64,000 bases of DNA from an uncultured delta proteobacterium (GCA_963716725.1 CAVQUB010000001.1:64001-128000), one strand, 5' to 3'. Positions 1 through 10,261 are shown, counted from the first letter of the stretch. Notes: generated by a model not told the origin, from the sequence alone. Numbers and translations are program-made.

Positions 1-210
1 GCCGGTGCTGCCGCCGGAGCCGCCGGTCGCGCCGCCGGAGCCGCCGGTCGCGCCGCCGGAGCCGCCGGTCGCGCCGCCGGAGCCGCCGGTCGCGCCGCCG
101 CTGCCGCCGGTGCTGCCGCCGGACCCACCGCTGCCGCCACCTTCGTCGGACTCTCCGCCGCAACCGACCAAGACCAATGTCACCGCAAGCAAAGCCGTCG
201 TCCTGAGCAT
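1..210 (-). CDS. Gly-rich-linker lipoprotein, N-terminal part (runs off the window start)
   Basis: ATG at 210 with GGAGGT RBS upstream. Reads MLRTTALLAVTLVLVGC (lipobox) GGESDEGGGSGG, then 21-bp GGATGGS repeats. The + strand PPEPPVA ORF is its shadow. Confidence 0.8.
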   Translation of the reverse strand, partial: MLRTTALLAVTLVLVGCGGESDEGGGSGGSGGSTGGSGGATGGSGGATGGSGGATGGSGGATGGSGGSTG

Positions 211-305
211 CCAGACCTCCGTGCGTTCAGCATACCGCGCCGAGACTGAGGGGCCAGCCCCGTGGGTGGCGAGAGCCCAAACTCGGGCGGCAAGCGCTCC
301 GCCGT

Positions 306-971
306 TCAACGGGCACGCACGGCGTCGAGGACATGAGGCCACTTCTCGCCGGCCTCCTCGGGGGCGTGCGGCTCTCCGGGGCCGCTCGCCGAGAGCGATG
401 CGCCGACGCGCTTCACGATCGCCCTGAAATCCCTGACGGGGTGGTCGGAGGGGAGCTTGCCGAGATTTGCCTCCCACACCCCCGCGGTGGCGAGCTGCTT
501 TCCTCCCGTGCGATAGATGACCGTGACGCTCACCTCATCCGGGATCCCGTCGCGGACGGGAAGCGGCGGCCACGCCTCGGCCAGTCGATCGGCGATGCTC
601 AGAAGCTCGGCCCGGGCGCTCGCGTCGAGTGTGGTTGTCCAGCGCAGCAGTCCGCGGCCGCGGTCGAGACGTTCGTAGAGCACACGGCCATCGCGCGCAA
701 AGGCGAGTCTCTCGCCGTCACCATGAAACACGCTCATGTCCTGGAGCGCGATATCGGCCTCGGGTGACAGCGCGAAGGGCGCTCCGATTTGGGTCGGCGT
801 GCTCGGCCTCTTCGGGGCTTCGTGCGGTCCGAGTCCGCCACGCGCCTGGCATGCGGAGACAGCGAGCACGATGCCGAACCATTGCGCTCGAGCGCTCCGC
901 TTCGAGGCCAAGCGAGGCCGAGGCCTACGCGCGGGCGCCTCGTCGCGGTGCTGCTCCGCTGGATTCCGCAT
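306..971 (-). CDS. hypothetical (lipo)protein
   Basis: Hydrophobic stretch WFGIVLAVSAC (lipobox-like) followed by a globular-looking domain; start uncertain. Confidence 0.55.
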   Translation of the reverse strand: MRNPAEQHRDEAPARRPRPRLASKRSARAQWFGIVLAVSACQARGGLGPHEAPKRPSTPTQIGAPFALSPEADIALQDMSVFHGDGERLAFARDGRVLYERLDRGRGLLRWTTTLDASARAELLSIADRLAEAWPPLPVRDGIPDEVSVTVIYRTGGKQLATAGVWEANLGKLPSDHPVRDFRAIVKRVGASLSASGPGEPHAPEEAGEKWPHVLDAVRAR

Positions 972-1381
972 CAAGCCTTCGACGTGTCTGAGCGGACCAA
1001 AGCGTCTCTGCTGAGCCCGGGGTGCGAGGCGGCATGGCGTTGCGTTCGCAGAGTCCAGAATTCCGTCCGCGGACGCTCCAAAACGTCGCATAGCGTGTGA
1101 TCCGTCGACTTCTTCCACTCGCCCAGCTTCGCCCAGCCGCTTTGGTTTGGCTAGCCTCCGGCGAGAAGCGCCGCGTCGACGACAACTGCGACGCCGACAG
1201 GCGCTGCAACTCGACGGGCATCGAACGCCGCCCAGGCATGCGTTTGCCTGCCCCGAGCGTCCGCTGCGGCTACGGCACTGGCACATCGCCTAAGGTGAAT
1301 TCCACGCCAAAGCGTCGTCCTCGATACGGACGGCGCAGCCCACGTTTTGCGGCTTTTTCTACCGATGGGTCGCCGTCGTGA

Positions 1382-3718
1382 TCACCGCGCGCTGGTGCTT
1401 CCCGGACGCGCGATCGAGCCGATGAGGCCGGTCGTCAGAAGCTCGTCCTCGCAGAGCTCGAGCGGGTGTACGACGGCTCCGACGAGACAACCGAGGGCGT
1501 CGCGGGCCGTCGGATCGAGGAGCTCGACGTTGCCGTTCGGAGCGCGGGCGATCAGCGCGCCGCTGGGGGTCATGGCCTCCAGAGTCACGTACCGATCTCG
1601 ATCTCGCTCGTCCAGCACGGTGAAGCTGCTGCCGGTCCGGGTCAACACCAGTCCGAGGTCGTTTGCCTGCACCTCTTCTGCGCCGACCTGGAGGTGGTGT
1701 ACCTGCTTGTCGGGTTCGATGAAGCGCAAGAGACCACCCGCGGCGACGGCGAGCGCGTGGGAAGGCAACACCGCGAGCCCAGCCGGCTCGCCGTACCAGA
1801 CCAGGCGCGGCGGGTGACGCCCGGCGACGTCGTACTCGCGGAGCGCGCGGAACCCTCCGACGAAGACGCGGCGCGAATCACGCGAGAACGCGAGGTGCAC
1901 GTCCCCGCCCGCCTGCTCGAGCTTGGCCGCACCGCCTCGAGGCTCGCCACTGCGGGCGTCGGCCAGCCGAAATCCCTTTCCTTCGAGCCCGTGAGCCACC
2001 AAGTTCGAGTCCCGACTGAACGCCAGCCCCTGCCCACCCTCGAGCCTCGCGATCAGCCTGCCGGTCGTTGCTTCGATCAGGTGCGCGGCTTCTCCTGTGA
2101 ACGCGGCCAGCGCCGCTCCGTCGGGTCGAAAGCGAACGGCGACCTCCTCATTCGGGTCGCTCGTGTCCGGCTTCGAGATCGCGTACAGCAGGCGACCGTC
2201 GCGCGCGTCGCGTAGCTCTGCTCCATCCCTCCCACCCAGCGCGATCCGGCTGCCGTCGACAGAGAGCGCGACACTGGTCGCTCGGCCGACGCGCGTGTCG
2301 AGCAGCGACTTCGAGTTCTCGAGATCCAGCACTCGCAACCGCGCGCCGTGTTCATCGCCGTGCAGCACCGCCGCGCGGGGAGAGCCGGCGGCGAGCGCGC
2401 CAGCGGCGACCGAGGGCAGCCTGCGCTCGAGTACGCGTCGCTCGCGACCCATCGAGTCGACGAGCAGGAGCGCGCCGTCTCGTCGACACAGCACCTGGCC
2501 GCTGGCGGAATGAAGAGCGATCTTCTCGCACCGGATCTCGAGCACCCGTGCTTTGCGCGTTCGGAGATCCCACACCTCGAGCCCTTGGCGGTCGGTCCGA
2601 ATGAGAGCCGGCGGAGTCGTGTGCGTGAAGAGGAACTCGCCTGTGGCGGCGGCCAGCGTGATGGTCTTCCCGGTACGAGTGTCGTGCACCCGTAGCCAAG
2701 GCTCGACCTCGGTGTACGGCCCCGCCCGAACAATCATCACGTTCATGGCAACGAGCGTTCCGTCGGGACTGAGCGCCAGCCCCCTCTCGGACAAGTCGCC
2801 GCCGGGATCGATGAAGGCGATGGGCTTCTGTTGATCCAGGTCGTGGACGGTGATCACCCGGGCCCAGCCCCGGTACGCGATCCGCCGCCCGTCGCTGGTG
2901 AAGGCGATCTCGTGCCTCCCCTTGAGCTCCAACAGGCGGCGACCACTGGGCAAGTCCCAGACCACGAGGGCGTCTCCGGAGACGACCAATCGTTCTCCTT
3001 TCACGTCGGCTGTCAAGGTGCCGGGAAGCGTGTCGACTCCGACGAGGGTCCGCTCGGTCGCACCGGTCCGGAGGTCGATGAGCGCGACGGACCCGGCGGC
3101 GCCAGCTGTTGCGATCGATCGTCCTCCTCGGACGAGCACGGCGCCGAACGAGCCGAGCGACGGAACGCGGGCGCGCAGCTGACCGGTGCCGGTGTCGAGC
3201 ACGTCCGTCTCGTACTGCATCCGAGGGGTTGCCAAGAGAAAGGCACCGTCTGGACTGAGCGCGAGCTCGCCGTGGCTCACGTCGGGCGGGACCAGGATGC
3301 GAACCTTCTCGCCCGTCGTCCGCTCCAGTGCGCTGAGTGCCCGGTCCAGCAGTCGCTGGCCTTCGATCCGCCGCCCCGCCTTCTTCTCGGACACGCCGCT
3401 GGCCAGAAGAGCGAGCGGGTCCGGGGTCGGCCGCGAGAGCTCGCTTTCGGCCTCCTTCAGCGCAGCGCTCGCCGGGCCCACTCGATCGGGGCAGAGCGTG
3501 CGCGCGCGCGCAAACGCCCGTGACGCCTGGCGCAAGCGACCCTCGGCGACGAGCGCGTCGGCGCGCGCTACCAGGTCGCGCGCGACCGCGCACGCCGGGT
3601 TCACTCGCGCCGACCCCGACGGCGGGGCCGCAGGTCGGGGGGCCTCCTGCACTGGTCCTGCCGTGGCGCAGGCCACGGCCAAAGCGCCAAAGAAAGTGAC
3701 GCCGCGCACCGAGCTCAT
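1382..3718 (-). CDS. lipoprotein with TPR-like helices and WD40/beta-propeller repeats
   Basis: MSSVRGVTFFGALAVAC lipobox; repeated LALSPDG / AFSRD / VWDL motifs; ATGA overlap with the upstream gene at 3715-3718. Confidence 0.8.
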   Translation of the reverse strand: MSSVRGVTFFGALAVACATAGPVQEAPRPAAPPSGSARVNPACAVARDLVARADALVAEGRLRQASRAFARARTLCPDRVGPASAALKEAESELSRPTPDPLALLASGVSEKKAGRRIEGQRLLDRALSALERTTGEKVRILVPPDVSHGELALSPDGAFLLATPRMQYETDVLDTGTGQLRARVPSLGSFGAVLVRGGRSIATAGAAGSVALIDLRTGATERTLVGVDTLPGTLTADVKGERLVVSGDALVVWDLPSGRRLLELKGRHEIAFTSDGRRIAYRGWARVITVHDLDQQKPIAFIDPGGDLSERGLALSPDGTLVAMNVMIVRAGPYTEVEPWLRVHDTRTGKTITLAAATGEFLFTHTTPPALIRTDRQGLEVWDLRTRKARVLEIRCEKIALHSASGQVLCRRDGALLLVDSMGRERRVLERRLPSVAAGALAAGSPRAAVLHGDEHGARLRVLDLENSKSLLDTRVGRATSVALSVDGSRIALGGRDGAELRDARDGRLLYAISKPDTSDPNEEVAVRFRPDGAALAAFTGEAAHLIEATTGRLIARLEGGQGLAFSRDSNLVAHGLEGKGFRLADARSGEPRGGAAKLEQAGGDVHLAFSRDSRRVFVGGFRALREYDVAGRHPPRLVWYGEPAGLAVLPSHALAVAAGGLLRFIEPDKQVHHLQVGAEEVQANDLGLVLTRTGSSFTVLDERDRDRYVTLEAMTPSGALIARAPNGNVELLDPTARDALGCLVGAVVHPLELCEDELLTTGLIGSIARPGSTSAR

Positions 3719-6159
3719 GGCTGCGCTGCCGGTCGGATCGCAGCCGAGATGAGCTGCGGGTCGTGGGCGCACGCCTCCACGGGCAGCACGAAAGGCCCGA
3801 TCCGGCACACGGCGCAGGCGGGGACTCCGCTGCCCACCACTTGCACGCGTCCGTCGGGGGAAACGGCGCAGAGCGCGTCGCCATTCTGCGTGACCGAGAG
3901 CTCGGCGATGAGCTGCCGTTCCCGGGTGCGCCAGACCCAGACGTGTCCCTTTGCCGTCGCGTAGACCAAGGAACCATCCGAGCTGAACGCGAGGTTGGTG
4001 GCGCCGGCCGGAGCGCCATCGAGCGCGCCGACTAGCCGCATCTCCAGCGAGTCCCACAGCGTGATCCGATCCCACTCCTCGGCCAGCGCGATGAATCTGC
4101 CGTCCAGGCTCGTGGACATGCCCGTCGGACCGTGTATTGCCGGTAGGCCGCGGAGATGCCGGGGCTGCGCCGCCGGGTCCGGAGACCAAATCAGGAACCC
4201 CGAACTCGCGCCGGGGAGCCTCGTAGCCACGATGTCCCCCGTGCGACTGAGGGCGCTCGAGCCGAAACTGAAGGTCGCGAAGCCGAGCGTGTGCTCTGTA
4301 CGCCCCGAACCTAGATCGACGATCTGCCAGCGCTTCCCTTCTCCGTCAGCGACCGAGAGGTAGGCGAGGCGTTTGCCGTCGGCGCTGACCGCGGGCAAGG
4401 TCAGGCCCGCGGTGGTCCAGCGCCGAATCTCGGCTCCCGTGGTGGCATTTCTCACCACCAGCTCGGCCTCGGGGGTCGCGTGCCCGCGCCTGGATCCGGC
4501 CTGGGAGATCACCTGCGTCCCGGACGCCCCGAAGGCGACGAAATCCACCGAGGCGGTGTGCTTTCCCAGCGTTCGGCGGCTCCCCGGCTCGGCGAGCGAA
4601 CCCGTGCGGAGGGATCCGTCTTCGAGCCCCACCACCCACCGCGAACCGTGCGTGTCGAGCGCAGTCACTCGTTCTCCCAGAGCCGCGAGGCGCCGGACTC
4701 GTGCGGCCTCCGGTTGCCACTCGATCAGCTCCCCGCTCGTGGTGCCGAAGAACATCGCGCGGCCTTGGTCCGAGACATCAACCACCGAAATCGAAGCGCT
4801 GAGGGCCGGGCGCCGAGTGGTCTTCCCCGCGCATTGCACCGCGCCGAAAGCGTCCATGTACCAGAGCGATCCGTCCCTTCCGAATTGCACGCTCTTGCCG
4901 CGCGCTGGCCGCGGGCCCACGGCTTTCGGCGAGGAATTGTCCAAATCCCAGAGCAAAACTCTCTCCGCAGCGATCGCGACCCGTTTGGCATCCGAGTCGA
5001 AGGAAAGTGCCGTCGCGGGATGGCCCAGTGAAAGCGAGTGCTTGGGCTGGCGCGAACGCGGCGCGGAGACCACCACGGCGGCCGTCTCGGAGAGCGCACG
5101 CGCCGCGAGGCTACAGTTCGAGGCGATGGCAAAAACGTCCGCGAGGTCCGTGGGAGCCGTCGTCGCATCGACGCGGTCGCCGGCCGGCCAGATCCGCGAG
5201 AATCCGTCGGTTTCCCAGACTCGCTCCCCGGACGCGAGGCAGCCGCTGCCTCGACTGAACTCGAGACCCGCTGCCTCGCCGGGGAGCTTCTGAAGCCGCC
5301 CGTCCGCCACGCTGATCACTGCCGCGAAATCTCGCTCTAGCGACGCGATGTGAGCACCGTCGTCGCTCCACACCAGCCCGGGATTCCAATCGTACTCGCT
5401 GGGATGGGCGAACGGGTTGGTTTGCCCCGGGGGAAGTCCGCTCGGGTACTGGCCCACGCTGCGCCCGCTCTCCACGTCCCACACGTAGAGCATCAGGTCG
5501 GCGGCCTTGGTCACGAGGCGACGCCCATCCGGCGAGAGCGCGGCGGCGATCCCGGGCACCGCGAGGTGCGGCGAGGAGGTCTGACGATCGAGGACGACCA
5601 CTTCCTCGAAGGCCTGCGCGGCGATTCGAGTCAGATCGGCGGACCACGAGAGCGTGGAGCTCCAGGGCCCGGGCGCCGAAGCCGCGCGGGCGCGCTTGCC
5701 GGTGTGCCGCTCGAGCTCGCCGAGCCCTCGCTTGATGAGCGCGTCGGCCTCCGCCGCGCGACCGAGCCTGCGCGCCACGACCCCAGCCCAGACGCGCGCG
5801 CGCGCGTCGTCAGGCCAGAGCGCCAGCGCCTCGCGGAACTCGCGCCGCGCCGGCTCGAGCGCGCCTTGGCCGAGATGTTCGAGCCCTGCCTCGTAGCGCG
5901 CCCGCGCCGCCTCGCGATTGGGCTCGCTGACCGACGCTGTTCGGGAGCCGCTCCGCGTGGGCGTGGAAGTGGGAGGCCAGTCCTTCGCGCAGGCCGAGGT
6001 TGCGGCGGCGAGGGCCATGAGGCAGCTCGCCCCGAGGGAGACTCGGACCCAGGAGCGCGGCACGCCCGACGGGCGCCGCGCGGAGCTCGCGCGAGCGGGA
6101 CGTCGCCCAGTCTTGCTGACGGCCAGGTTGGTCCTCTCCACTTCGCCCCGCCCTCGCAT
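3715..6159 (-). CDS. TPR + WD40/beta-propeller (lipo)protein, paralog of 1382-3718
   Basis: TPR-like YEAGLEHLGQG...ARREFREALALWPDD; WD-like ALSPDGRR, VWDVESG, LWDS, AFSSDG. Start uncertain (6159 or about 6019). Confidence 0.8.
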   Translation of the reverse strand: MRGRGEVERTNLAVSKTGRRPARASSARRPSGVPRSWVRVSLGASCLMALAAATSACAKDWPPTSTPTRSGSRTASVSEPNREAARARYEAGLEHLGQGALEPARREFREALALWPDDARARVWAGVVARRLGRAAEADALIKRGLGELERHTGKRARAASAPGPWSSTLSWSADLTRIAAQAFEEVVVLDRQTSSPHLAVPGIAAALSPDGRRLVTKAADLMLYVWDVESGRSVGQYPSGLPPGQTNPFAHPSEYDWNPGLVWSDDGAHIASLERDFAAVISVADGRLQKLPGEAAGLEFSRGSGCLASGERVWETDGFSRIWPAGDRVDATTAPTDLADVFAIASNCSLAARALSETAAVVVSAPRSRQPKHSLSLGHPATALSFDSDAKRVAIAAERVLLWDLDNSSPKAVGPRPARGKSVQFGRDGSLWYMDAFGAVQCAGKTTRRPALSASISVVDVSDQGRAMFFGTTSGELIEWQPEAARVRRLAALGERVTALDTHGSRWVVGLEDGSLRTGSLAEPGSRRTLGKHTASVDFVAFGASGTQVISQAGSRRGHATPEAELVVRNATTGAEIRRWTTAGLTLPAVSADGKRLAYLSVADGEGKRWQIVDLGSGRTEHTLGFATFSFGSSALSRTGDIVATRLPGASSGFLIWSPDPAAQPRHLRGLPAIHGPTGMSTSLDGRFIALAEEWDRITLWDSLEMRLVGALDGAPAGATNLAFSSDGSLVYATAKGHVWVWRTRERQLIAELSVTQNGDALCAVSPDGRVQVVGSGVPACAVCRIGPFVLPVEACAHDPQLISAAIRPAAQP

Positions 6160-6304
6160 CCTGCCCAGAACGGGGGTTCTGGGCAACCACCGATGGCCGT
6201 AGCTGACGAATCCCAAGTTCGCTCTCGTCGTGACCTGGGCTCGACCACGAGTCGCGGCGCCACCCTCGACCCGAACACCGCTGGGGCGAGCGCGTCGGAA
6301 AGAA

Positions 6305-7537
6305 ATGACCACAGCTCGAGTTCTTCTTCGGATCGCTTACAGACAGGACCTGGGTGCTACTCTGGCCTCCGTGGGGAAGACGCAGTTCGCACTACGGGCG
6401 CGATGGGTGACGCTTTTGGAAGCGCTGTACGCGCCGACGCCCGACGACCGTGAATGGGCCAGCGCGGTCGCGAACGCCGGCGACGCGATCTTCGGCGTGA
6501 CCGGGCGCTGCGGCGTCTGGCTGGTGTCGCATCCAGCGCCGTCGCAATCCGTTCAGATTCAGATCGCGGTCGGCACGGCCGCGGAACACGCGCTCATCTC
6601 CGGGAACCAGCACCTCGGCGTCGAGAACATCCGGCGCTTCTTGTATCCGGCGGGGCTGGTGACGACGCACCAAACGTTGGCGCGTGACATGAACGCCGAA
6701 GTGCGCGAGGCCCTCCGCATCGCGCACGAGAGCTTCGATTCCGTCGATGCGCTGGGGCTGCTGGTGCAGCCGAAGCCGGGTGCGGTGGCGGTCCTGTTCC
6801 ACCTCACTCGCCAGCCCATCGAGCTAACGCCCCAGCAGAAGCGCCTGTTGACCCAAGTGGCGCTGCACTTCGAAGTCGCTTGGCGTCTGCGGCTGAACCC
6901 GGACACCGTGCGCGGCGAGATCCTACCGGACGGACGGATCGCCGATCTGGCGGCAGGACAGGTCGACGCAGCGTCCCTCTCGACGCGGGTGCGCGCGATC
7001 GAGCGTGTTCGTACACGGCGTCACCGGAACGAACTCGACGCCATTGACCTGTGGACGGCGCTCGTGGACGGGCGCTTCAGTCTCGTCGAACGCTCCCAGG
7101 GCGGGCGCCGCCGCTACTGGGTCATCGAGAACCCGTCGGAACGTGTGCCGCTGCGGGCCCTGACGCCCGGCGAGGTCGAGGTGATCGCCCAGGCCGCGCG
7201 GGGACTTTCCGCCAAGCTCATCGCCTACTCGCTGGGGATCTCCGAGTCGGCCGTGTCGTCGCGACTGGCGGACGCGGCGAGCAAGGTTGGGACCGGGACC
7301 CGCACCGAGCTGGTGCGCATCGCTGCGCTCCTCGCCCGCGATCCTCGAGCCGGCTTCGCGCTGGAGCTGACGGACGCCGAGCGCAGCGTGCTTGACTTGG
7401 TGGTCCGGGGGTTGAGCAATCGGGAGATCGCGCATATTCGCAATCGCTCCGCGCGCACCATTGCAAATCAAGTCGCGTCGCTCTTGAGCAAAGCGCAAAG
7501 CCCGTCACGGCGTGCCTTGGCGACCCGACTCCTTTGA
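6305..7537 (+). CDS. LuxR-family transcriptional regulator with two tandem C-terminal HTH domains
   Basis: LTPGEVEVIAQAARGLSAKLIAYSLGISESAV and LTDAERSVLDLVVRGLSNREIAHIRNRSARTI. Confidence 0.85.
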   Translation: MTTARVLLRIAYRQDLGATLASVGKTQFALRARWVTLLEALYAPTPDDREWASAVANAGDAIFGVTGRCGVWLVSHPAPSQSVQIQIAVGTAAEHALISGNQHLGVENIRRFLYPAGLVTTHQTLARDMNAEVREALRIAHESFDSVDALGLLVQPKPGAVAVLFHLTRQPIELTPQQKRLLTQVALHFEVAWRLRLNPDTVRGEILPDGRIADLAAGQVDAASLSTRVRAIERVRTRRHRNELDAIDLWTALVDGRFSLVERSQGGRRRYWVIENPSERVPLRALTPGEVEVIAQAARGLSAKLIAYSLGISESAVSSRLADAASKVGTGTRTELVRIAALLARDPRAGFALELTDAERSVLDLVVRGLSNREIAHIRNRSARTIANQVASLLSKAQSPSRRALATRLL

Positions 7538-7710
7538 TCACCTCGCGCGGCTTCGGCGCGTCAAAACTGCGGGTTCCGAGCGATGAGCCGCGCCCCCGCC
7601 GCTTGCCGCAAGCCCCTCCGCTCCCGCCGCTTGCCGCTCTCGACCTCGAACCGCGACGCGCGTACCCTGAGACCGATGCTATCGCGTGTCGGAATGACAG
7701 CGGCGGGCTA

Positions 7711-8166
7711 ATGGCGTCGGTGGGCGACGAGTCGGAGCAAGGCCAACCTGGGGTCGGGCGGCTGTTCATTATCGGCGCTTTGGCCTGCATCGTCGCCGGC
7801 AGCGTGGGGCTGGGCTACGGGTGCCAGTACACCGGCGGCAAGCGGGCGGCGATTGACGACTACGCCGCCGCGCGCCGGGCTGGTCAGGACACAGCCGCGC
7901 CCCTGTTTGCCGACGACGACACTCGCGCGACCGACGCGTGGGTCGCCAAGAGCACGCGTCACAGCGTCTACAACTATCACTCGCGATTCGTCGGCGGTCA
8001 GTCCCGAGCCTGCTTCAGTACGGTGTTCTTCACGCCGGACGGGCTCCGGTGGATCGACGTTCTGCTGCTCGAAGTTCCGGACGGCTGGCGTGTGGCGTCG
8101 CTGAGTGAAGAGCGCGACTGCGAGTGCAAGCCCAAAACGAATCAGCCCTGCGCCATGGTGCCCTGA
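7711..8166 (+). CDS. hypothetical membrane-anchored protein
   Basis: One TM segment (LFIIGALACIVAGSVGLGYG), then a small domain with a C-terminal CECK...C motif. Confidence 0.6.
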   Translation: MASVGDESEQGQPGVGRLFIIGALACIVAGSVGLGYGCQYTGGKRAAIDDYAAARRAGQDTAAPLFADDDTRATDAWVAKSTRHSVYNYHSRFVGGQSRACFSTVFFTPDGLRWIDVLLLEVPDGWRVASLSEERDCECKPKTNQPCAMVP

Positions 8167-8347
8167 TGACGGACGTCCCGGCCCTGTCGCGTGCTGACTT
8201 CTCTACTGCCGTGCGCTGCTCGATGCGGCCTGCCTTCCCTCGACGAGCCGTGCGCATGACCATGATTCGGCCTGAATTGCGCCGCGACGCCCCGAGCACC
8301 CGAGAAACTAGCGCCCCTCCTGCGGCGTATACTCCAGACGAACTCCC

Positions 8348-8911
8348 ATGCGACCGCCGCGCAACAGCCTCGTCGGGCGTCCAGCGCTCCCGTTCGAGCT
8401 GCACGACTCGCACGGCAGCGTCCATCGTCTGTCCAACTACACCGGCAGGTGGCTCCTGCTGGTCTTCCATCGGCACCTGGCCTGACTTCCGTGCCGGGAG
8501 CATGTGGGGCAGTTGTTCCACGAGAAGCCGATGCTCGACAGCCTCGACATCGCGGTGCTGATCGTTTCGTTCGAGAGCCGCGCTTCGGTGGTTCGCTACG
8601 CATCAGATCCGGGGCTGCCGGGCGCGGTCGTGGCCGACACCCAGCGGGAACTCTTCGCTGGTTACGCCATGGGTCGAGCAAGCGTCTACGACGTCTGGGG
8701 CCCGAAGACGTGGTGGGCCTACGCGCGATCCCTGCTCGGAGGCGCGAAGCTTCGGAGCAGTACGGGTGACACCTCGCAGCGTGGCGGAAACGTGCTGATC
8801 GATCCCGAGGGCATCGTGCAAATGCACCACGTCGGACGAGGCCCGTCAGATCGACCGAGCGTGAGTGCGATTTCGGAGGTCGTACTCGCCGCCACCCAGA
8901 GGGGGCCATGA
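8348..8911 (+). CDS. peroxiredoxin-like (AhpC/TSA, PRXL2/SelL-like) thioredoxin-fold selenoprotein, UxxC
   Basis: ATG 8348 is in frame with ORF 8504-8911 through TGA at 8483-8485. Reads ALPFELHDSHGSVHRLSNYTGRWLLLVFHRHLA-U-LPCREH...QRGGNVLIDPEG...DRP. SECIS-like hairpin follows; ATGA overlap with the next gene. Confidence 0.85.
8486..8527 (+). promoter_or_regulatory. putative bacterial SECIS element
   Basis: Directly after UGA: CTTC-CGTG pairs with CACG-A-GAAG, GAGCA pairs with TGTTC, and TGT/GCA closes an apical GGG loop about 21 nt from the UGA. Confidence 0.65.
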
Positions 8912-10254
8912 AACCCCTCACGGTCTGCGTGTTTGCCAAACCTCCTCGAGCCGGCCGCGTGAAGACCCGCCTGATCGCCGGCGTCGGTGAGGGAGGCGCT
9001 GCGCAGCTTGCAGAAGCGTTTCTGCTGGACACGCTGGAGTCGCTGCGGAGGCTGCCCGACGTTCGCGTGATCGTCGCAACCACCGGTGACCTCGGTCTCG
9101 ATGTCGGTCCCGTCGAGGTCTGGGATCAAGGTGGTGGCACTCTCGGCCAGCGACTCGAGCGGGTCCTCGGGCGCGCAATCGGGGGCGGCACCCCAGCTTT
9201 GGCCATCGGCGCCGACACACCAGGGCTGCCGTTGGACCTCGTGACTCGGGCCGGGCTAGCGCTCGAGGCCCACCCGGCAGCCCTGGGCGCCTGCGATGAC
9301 GGCGGCTTTTGGGGCCTCGGGCTGACCTCGATTTCCGATGGGCTGCTCGCGGACATCGATTGGAGCACCGAACGGACCTGCGAACAGACGTGCGCTCGGT
9401 TGGTCGGCGCGGGGCTCGTGCCGCAGCTGCTTCCCGGATGGTTCGATCTGGACACGCCGGGTGATCTCGTGCGCCTCCGCCGGTTGCTCGACCGTCAGGT
9501 CGTGCAGGCGCCACGCACACGCGCCTTGCTCGACTCGTTGCTGCCTGCGCCCGCGATGAAAGTCTCGGTCGTGATCCCCGTCCTCGACGAAGAACGGCGG
9601 ATTGGAAGACTCCTGCGAGACCTGTCACGAACGGACGGGATTTCCGAGATCATCGTGGTGGACGGCGGCAGCCGCGATGGCACTCCCGACATCGTCCGCG
9701 CTTTTCCGGACGCACTGTTGCTGGACAGCACCCCGGGCCGGGGACCCCAACAGAATGCCGGCGCGCGCGTGGCCACCGGCGACGTTCTACTCTTCTTGCA
9801 TGCCGACACTCGCCTTCCGGAGGACGCGATGGCTCACATCCGTTCGGCGCTCGCCGATCCAAGGGTCGTGGCCGGCGCTTTTCGTACTTGGACGGTACGA
9901 GATGAGCCATTCGCCCGGGACGTTGCGCTTCCCGCGGCGCTGCTCCACTTGGCCGACCTGCGTTCGCGCTACACGAGCTTGCCCTACGGCGACCAAGGGA
10001 TCTTCGTGCGGCGCGAGGTGTTCGACCGTGTCGGAGGGTTTCCTCCGCAACCGCTCTTCGAAGATGTCGAGCTGTCACGCAGGCTGCGCCGCCAGGGCCG
10101 CATCGAAACGGTGCGCGCTTCGGTAGAGGTGTCAGGGAGGAGATTCTTCCGCCGCCCGGTCCGAGAGACCCTCCTGGTCAACTTGTTGCCGCTGGCTTAC
10201 CGGCTCGGCGTCTCGCCGACGCGGCTCTCCCGCGTATACCGGAACTTCCGCTGA
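8908..10254 (+). CDS. fusion of TIGR04282-like (CofC-like/DUF2064) and TIGR04283-like (GT2) rSAM-associated, arsenosugar-type transferases
   Basis: N-half: VFAKPPRAGRVKTRL, QGGGTLGQRL, IGADTP, DGGFWGLG, DLDTPGDL. C-half from about 9556: VSVVIPVLDEE, VVDGGSRDGT, LFLHADT, LPYGDQGIFVRR, LFEDVELSRRL. Confidence 0.9.
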   Translation: MKPLTVCVFAKPPRAGRVKTRLIAGVGEGGAAQLAEAFLLDTLESLRRLPDVRVIVATTGDLGLDVGPVEVWDQGGGTLGQRLERVLGRAIGGGTPALAIGADTPGLPLDLVTRAGLALEAHPAALGACDDGGFWGLGLTSISDGLLADIDWSTERTCEQTCARLVGAGLVPQLLPGWFDLDTPGDLVRLRRLLDRQVVQAPRTRALLDSLLPAPAMKVSVVIPVLDEERRIGRLLRDLSRTDGISEIIVVDGGSRDGTPDIVRAFPDALLLDSTPGRGPQQNAGARVATGDVLLFLHADTRLPEDAMAHIRSALADPRVVAGAFRTWTVRDEPFARDVALPAALLHLADLRSRYTSLPYGDQGIFVRREVFDRVGGFPPQPLFEDVELSRRLRRQGRIETVRASVEVSGRRFFRRPVRETLLVNLLPLAYRLGVSPTRLSRVYRNFR

Positions 10255-10261
10255 GGCATGA

